The notes beneath the pieces are model-generated. The model was not told the origin of the DNA, ran no database searches, and saw nothing but the letters and a program-made list of their open reading frames with translations. The translations under genes and the position numbers were made by a program. This document shows positions 35,963-38,026 of a DNA stretch of 38,026 nucleotides, piece by piece; position 1 is the first letter of the stretch; each line of letters begins with the position of its first letter. Origin of the DNA: Bacillales bacterium UBA660 (GTDB taxonomy: Bacteria > Bacillota_I > Bacilli_A > RF39 > UBA660); NCBI GenBank assembly GCA_002299475.1, contig DBNY01000043.1, forward strand, positions 1 to 38,026, written 5' to 3'.

Positions 35963-35970
35963 ATTAGAAA

Positions 35971-36483
35971 TTAGCAAACCCCTGCTACAAACGTATCTGG
36001 CAAACATCTTAAAGCACAGAAACAACACAAGTTAACGGTGAAGAATGTATTTGTTTTCTTAAATATACATTTAGAACATTTTTTAATTGGGATTAGTACT
36101 CTAAATGTTGCTGTACAAGGTCCTAGTTTTTCTAATCTAAATACAGTTGAACTGCATTTTATTTTATGTTTGTCATGGCCGGCACTATCAAATTTGCTTA
36201 AATTTGCAATGTTGTCATCATCATTTTCTGATAATGTAGCAATTGCTGGACAATCATCATCTATTGGCATTTCCCAAGGTTCATTATTTTGGGTATAAAG
36301 CATAACCGGCCTAGTGTTAAAGCATTGAGCAATTGGTTGAGGGCCTAGGAAAGGACGATCGCATGTAGGTATTGTTTCATTTATTACATCAGTATTTTCT
36401 TGGAGTCTTAATATTACTGCTAATGTTTCTCTTAAACCACAGCAATCTCTATCTTTGAAATTTTTGCAATCTAGGCTAGACAT
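35971..36483 (-). CDS. Cysteine-rich CotY/CotZ/ExsY-family spore crust/exosporium protein
   Basis: The start was trimmed to ATG 36483, with RBS GAAGGAG. It has 15 Cys in 170 aa. The family blocks appear in order: CCGLRETLAVILRLQ, PTCDRPFLG, NTRPVMLYT, STVFRLEKLGPCTATFRVL and TVNLCCFCALRCLPD. These compare with the B. subtilis CotZ/CotY patterns CPTGC, DTxPF, TVFFRVE..CATL and VDLxCFCAxxCL, recalled from memory. An acidic insertion (PIDDDCPAIATLSENDDDNIANLSKFDSAGHDKHK) is extra. Confidence 0.75.
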   Translation of the reverse strand: MSSLDCKNFKDRDCCGLRETLAVILRLQENTDVINETIPTCDRPFLGPQPIAQCFNTRPVMLYTQNNEPWEMPIDDDCPAIATLSENDDDNIANLSKFDSAGHDKHKIKCSSTVFRLEKLGPCTATFRVLIPIKKCSKCIFKKTNTFFTVNLCCFCALRCLPDTFVAGVC

Positions 36484-36603
36484 ATTTGAAACCACTCCTT
36501 CTTTTATATTTTCATTATTAACATATTCACTTAATTCATTGAGGTGTATAGTTAATACCTAGCATATACAAATAAGATAAATATATTTTATATTTATGAA
36601 CAA

Positions 36604-36633
36604 TAAAAAATACTTATATTGTAAATAAGCATT
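36604..36633 (-). terminator. Weak AT-rich hairpin plus U-run after the radical SAM gene (possible partial terminator)
   Basis: The minus-strand RNA is AAUGCUUAU-UUACAAU-AUAAGUAUU followed by UUUUAUU. The 9-bp stem has only one G:C pair and one G:U pair. Confidence 0.3.
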
Positions 36634-36665
36634 TCTAATTCTTGTTAATAATTTTATAAAGAGTA

Positions 36666-37958
36666 TTATCTTTTTAGTACTTTTACATAATTGCTTACGC
36701 TATCACGATTATATATTTTTTCAGGATTTTCCATAATGACATTCATTATTTTTTCATTTTCAACTATTTTTAATAATAAAGTTGGCAGTAGCGTGTGTTC
36801 AATTGCACAAGTAAACTTTGATTTGGTTGATGTCAGCCCATTTTCCCAGATATTAGCCATAGGACATCCGCCTAAACAAATTAGTCTAAACTGACAGATG
36901 CTGCATCCTCCATTTTGATGTATATAATCAAGTTTATTTAATATTTCAATATTTTCTGCAAAAATTTCTACTTTTTCGCCAATTTTCCCTATCATTAATT
37001 TATCTGAGTATGGATCATTTTTCTTAGCAATTTCTATGCAAGAAGTAATCATTCCTTCTGGGGTAACAGTAAAATTCCCATGACCCATTCCGCAATATTT
37101 TCCATTACTTGGTTTGGAAAAATAATTTGTATTAATTGATATCGGCAAATCATTATTAGCAACATATTCAATAACTTCAACTAATTTGTTGGCAAACGTA
37201 ATTGGATTAGGTTGTAAACTTTTCGTACCTCTTGAAACATCAGTCATTACGCAAGGTTCAATTTTAACCGCTTTAACTTCTAATTTTATTAGTGTATTAA
37301 TTATTTCAATCATTTTATTTACTGTTTGCGAAGTAATTGTGCACTGTATTGTAGGACTAATGCCATTCAATATTAATTTTTTAATATTAGTCTCAACAAT
37401 TCTTTTAGAAGAATTATTATTATAAAAAGGTCTTTGAAAATCTTGGCCTACTGCATCATATGATATTCTAATGTTTGCTTTTCTATCAATTAACCAACTC
37501 AATACATTAGTGCCAAAAGTTCCATTGGTAACTACATGGATTTCTACATTCTCAAATAATAGATCAGCATAATTTACTATTTCTTTTATCAAATCTAAAT
37601 TTAGTAACGGTTCTCCGCCACCAAGAAAACACAAATCTAAAACCTTAGCTTCTTTCTTGGTTTTTCTAATATGGTTCATTGCTTTTATAACGGTTTCCAT
37701 TGTAATTACTTCCTTAGAATCCCCGCCATTAGAATAACAATATATACACTTGAGATTACAATCAAACGTTGGTATTATTCCTAATAAAACCCTATCGATT
37801 GGTTTGCTAGTTTTATAATCTTTTGTATTTTCATAAATTTCTAGCTTTGCTTCTTCTAATTCTTTATCTGATTTATTCAATGCATAAATGATTTGACCAG
37901 GTGCAATAATGGCATAATCATTTCCTTTAGTTAATTTTACAGTTGTTATATTATTCAT
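36666..37958 (-). CDS. Radical SAM enzyme with C-terminal SPASM domain (anSME/peptide-maturase class)
   Basis: The start was trimmed to ATG 37958, with RBS GGAGGT. The radical SAM cluster motif is CNLKCIYC (CX3CX2C) and the SAM-binding motif is GGGEPLL. The full SPASM pattern is CGMGHGNFTVTPEGMITSC ... CSICQFRLICLGGC ... C. An N-terminal extension of about 55 aa precedes the cluster motif. Confidence 0.9.
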   Translation of the reverse strand: MNNITTVKLTKGNDYAIIAPGQIIYALNKSDKELEEAKLEIYENTKDYKTSKPIDRVLLGIIPTFDCNLKCIYCYSNGGDSKEVITMETVIKAMNHIRKTKKEAKVLDLCFLGGGEPLLNLDLIKEIVNYADLLFENVEIHVVTNGTFGTNVLSWLIDRKANIRISYDAVGQDFQRPFYNNNSSKRIVETNIKKLILNGISPTIQCTITSQTVNKMIEIINTLIKLEVKAVKIEPCVMTDVSRGTKSLQPNPITFANKLVEVIEYVANNDLPISINTNYFSKPSNGKYCGMGHGNFTVTPEGMITSCIEIAKKNDPYSDKLMIGKIGEKVEIFAENIEILNKLDYIHQNGGCSICQFRLICLGGCPMANIWENGLTSTKSKFTCAIEHTLLPTLLLKIVENEKIMNVIMENPEKIYNRDSVSNYVKVLKR

Positions 37959-38026
37959 ATTAACCTCCACTATATTTAAATAATACGCCGATAAAATAAT
38001 TTTATTATAATAATAATAGCATTTCA

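Noticed and set aside
36496-36665. Searched the rSAM-cotZ intergenic gap for a small precursor-peptide ORF
   Set aside because: The only ORF is a 12-codon one (MLIYNISIFYCS) on the minus strand. It has no RBS and only one Cys, so it is not credible as a RiPP precursor.

Overview
This is a very AT-rich window (judged by eye, not computed) from a low-GC, spore-forming member of the Bacillota. Evidence for that placement is the set of YunB, CotY/CotZ-family, CotS/YutH-like and DacB-like genes, CCA-encoded tRNAs, and local gene order resembling Bacillus subtilis (yjbA-trpS, dacB-rluB, yunB...yutD-yutG-yutH-yutI).

The window has four parts:

1. 1-9.45 kb holds a co-directional Gram-positive conjugative type IV secretion module. 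It comprises a VirB2-like pilin-like protein, a giant repeat-bearing VirB6-like protein, a PrgI/VirB3-like protein, a VirB4 ATPase split into two overlapping ORFs, an M23 cell-wall hydrolase and a VirD4/TraG coupling protein. The module is cut by the left window edge and ends at a strong terminator.

2. 9.6-29.4 kb is mostly core and sporulation genes: rhodanese, TVP38/DedA-like, rmuC, uppP, trpS, T-box-controlled asnS, a DD-carboxypeptidase, rluB, ferredoxin, CBS, yunB, a DUF4015 hydrolase, yutD, DUF1292, pgpA/yutG, yutH-like, nfu and an S1-domain protein. One oddity sits here: an orphan prepilin-type protein fused to two lectin-like jelly-roll/LamG domains, between trpS and asnS.

3. 29.5-34.1 kb carries 13 tRNA genes in two arrays: Val-Thr-Tyr-Gln-Lys-Leu-Ser-fMet, then Asp-Phe-Arg / Pro-Ala. 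They are separated by a 3.2 kb segment with an uncharacterised 619-aa protein (degenerate Mre11/SbcD-type metallophosphoesterase core) and a DUF368 membrane protein.

4. 34.1-38.0 kb carries a tiny hyper-acidic Cys-motif protein, a SEDS (FtsW/RodA/SpoVE) protein, and my best candidate for an undescribed system. This is a cysteine-rich CotY/CotZ/ExsY-family spore-surface protein directly downstream of, and co-oriented with, a radical SAM enzyme that has a complete SPASM auxiliary-cluster domain.

All product calls come from motif and family recognition by eye. No database search was run.
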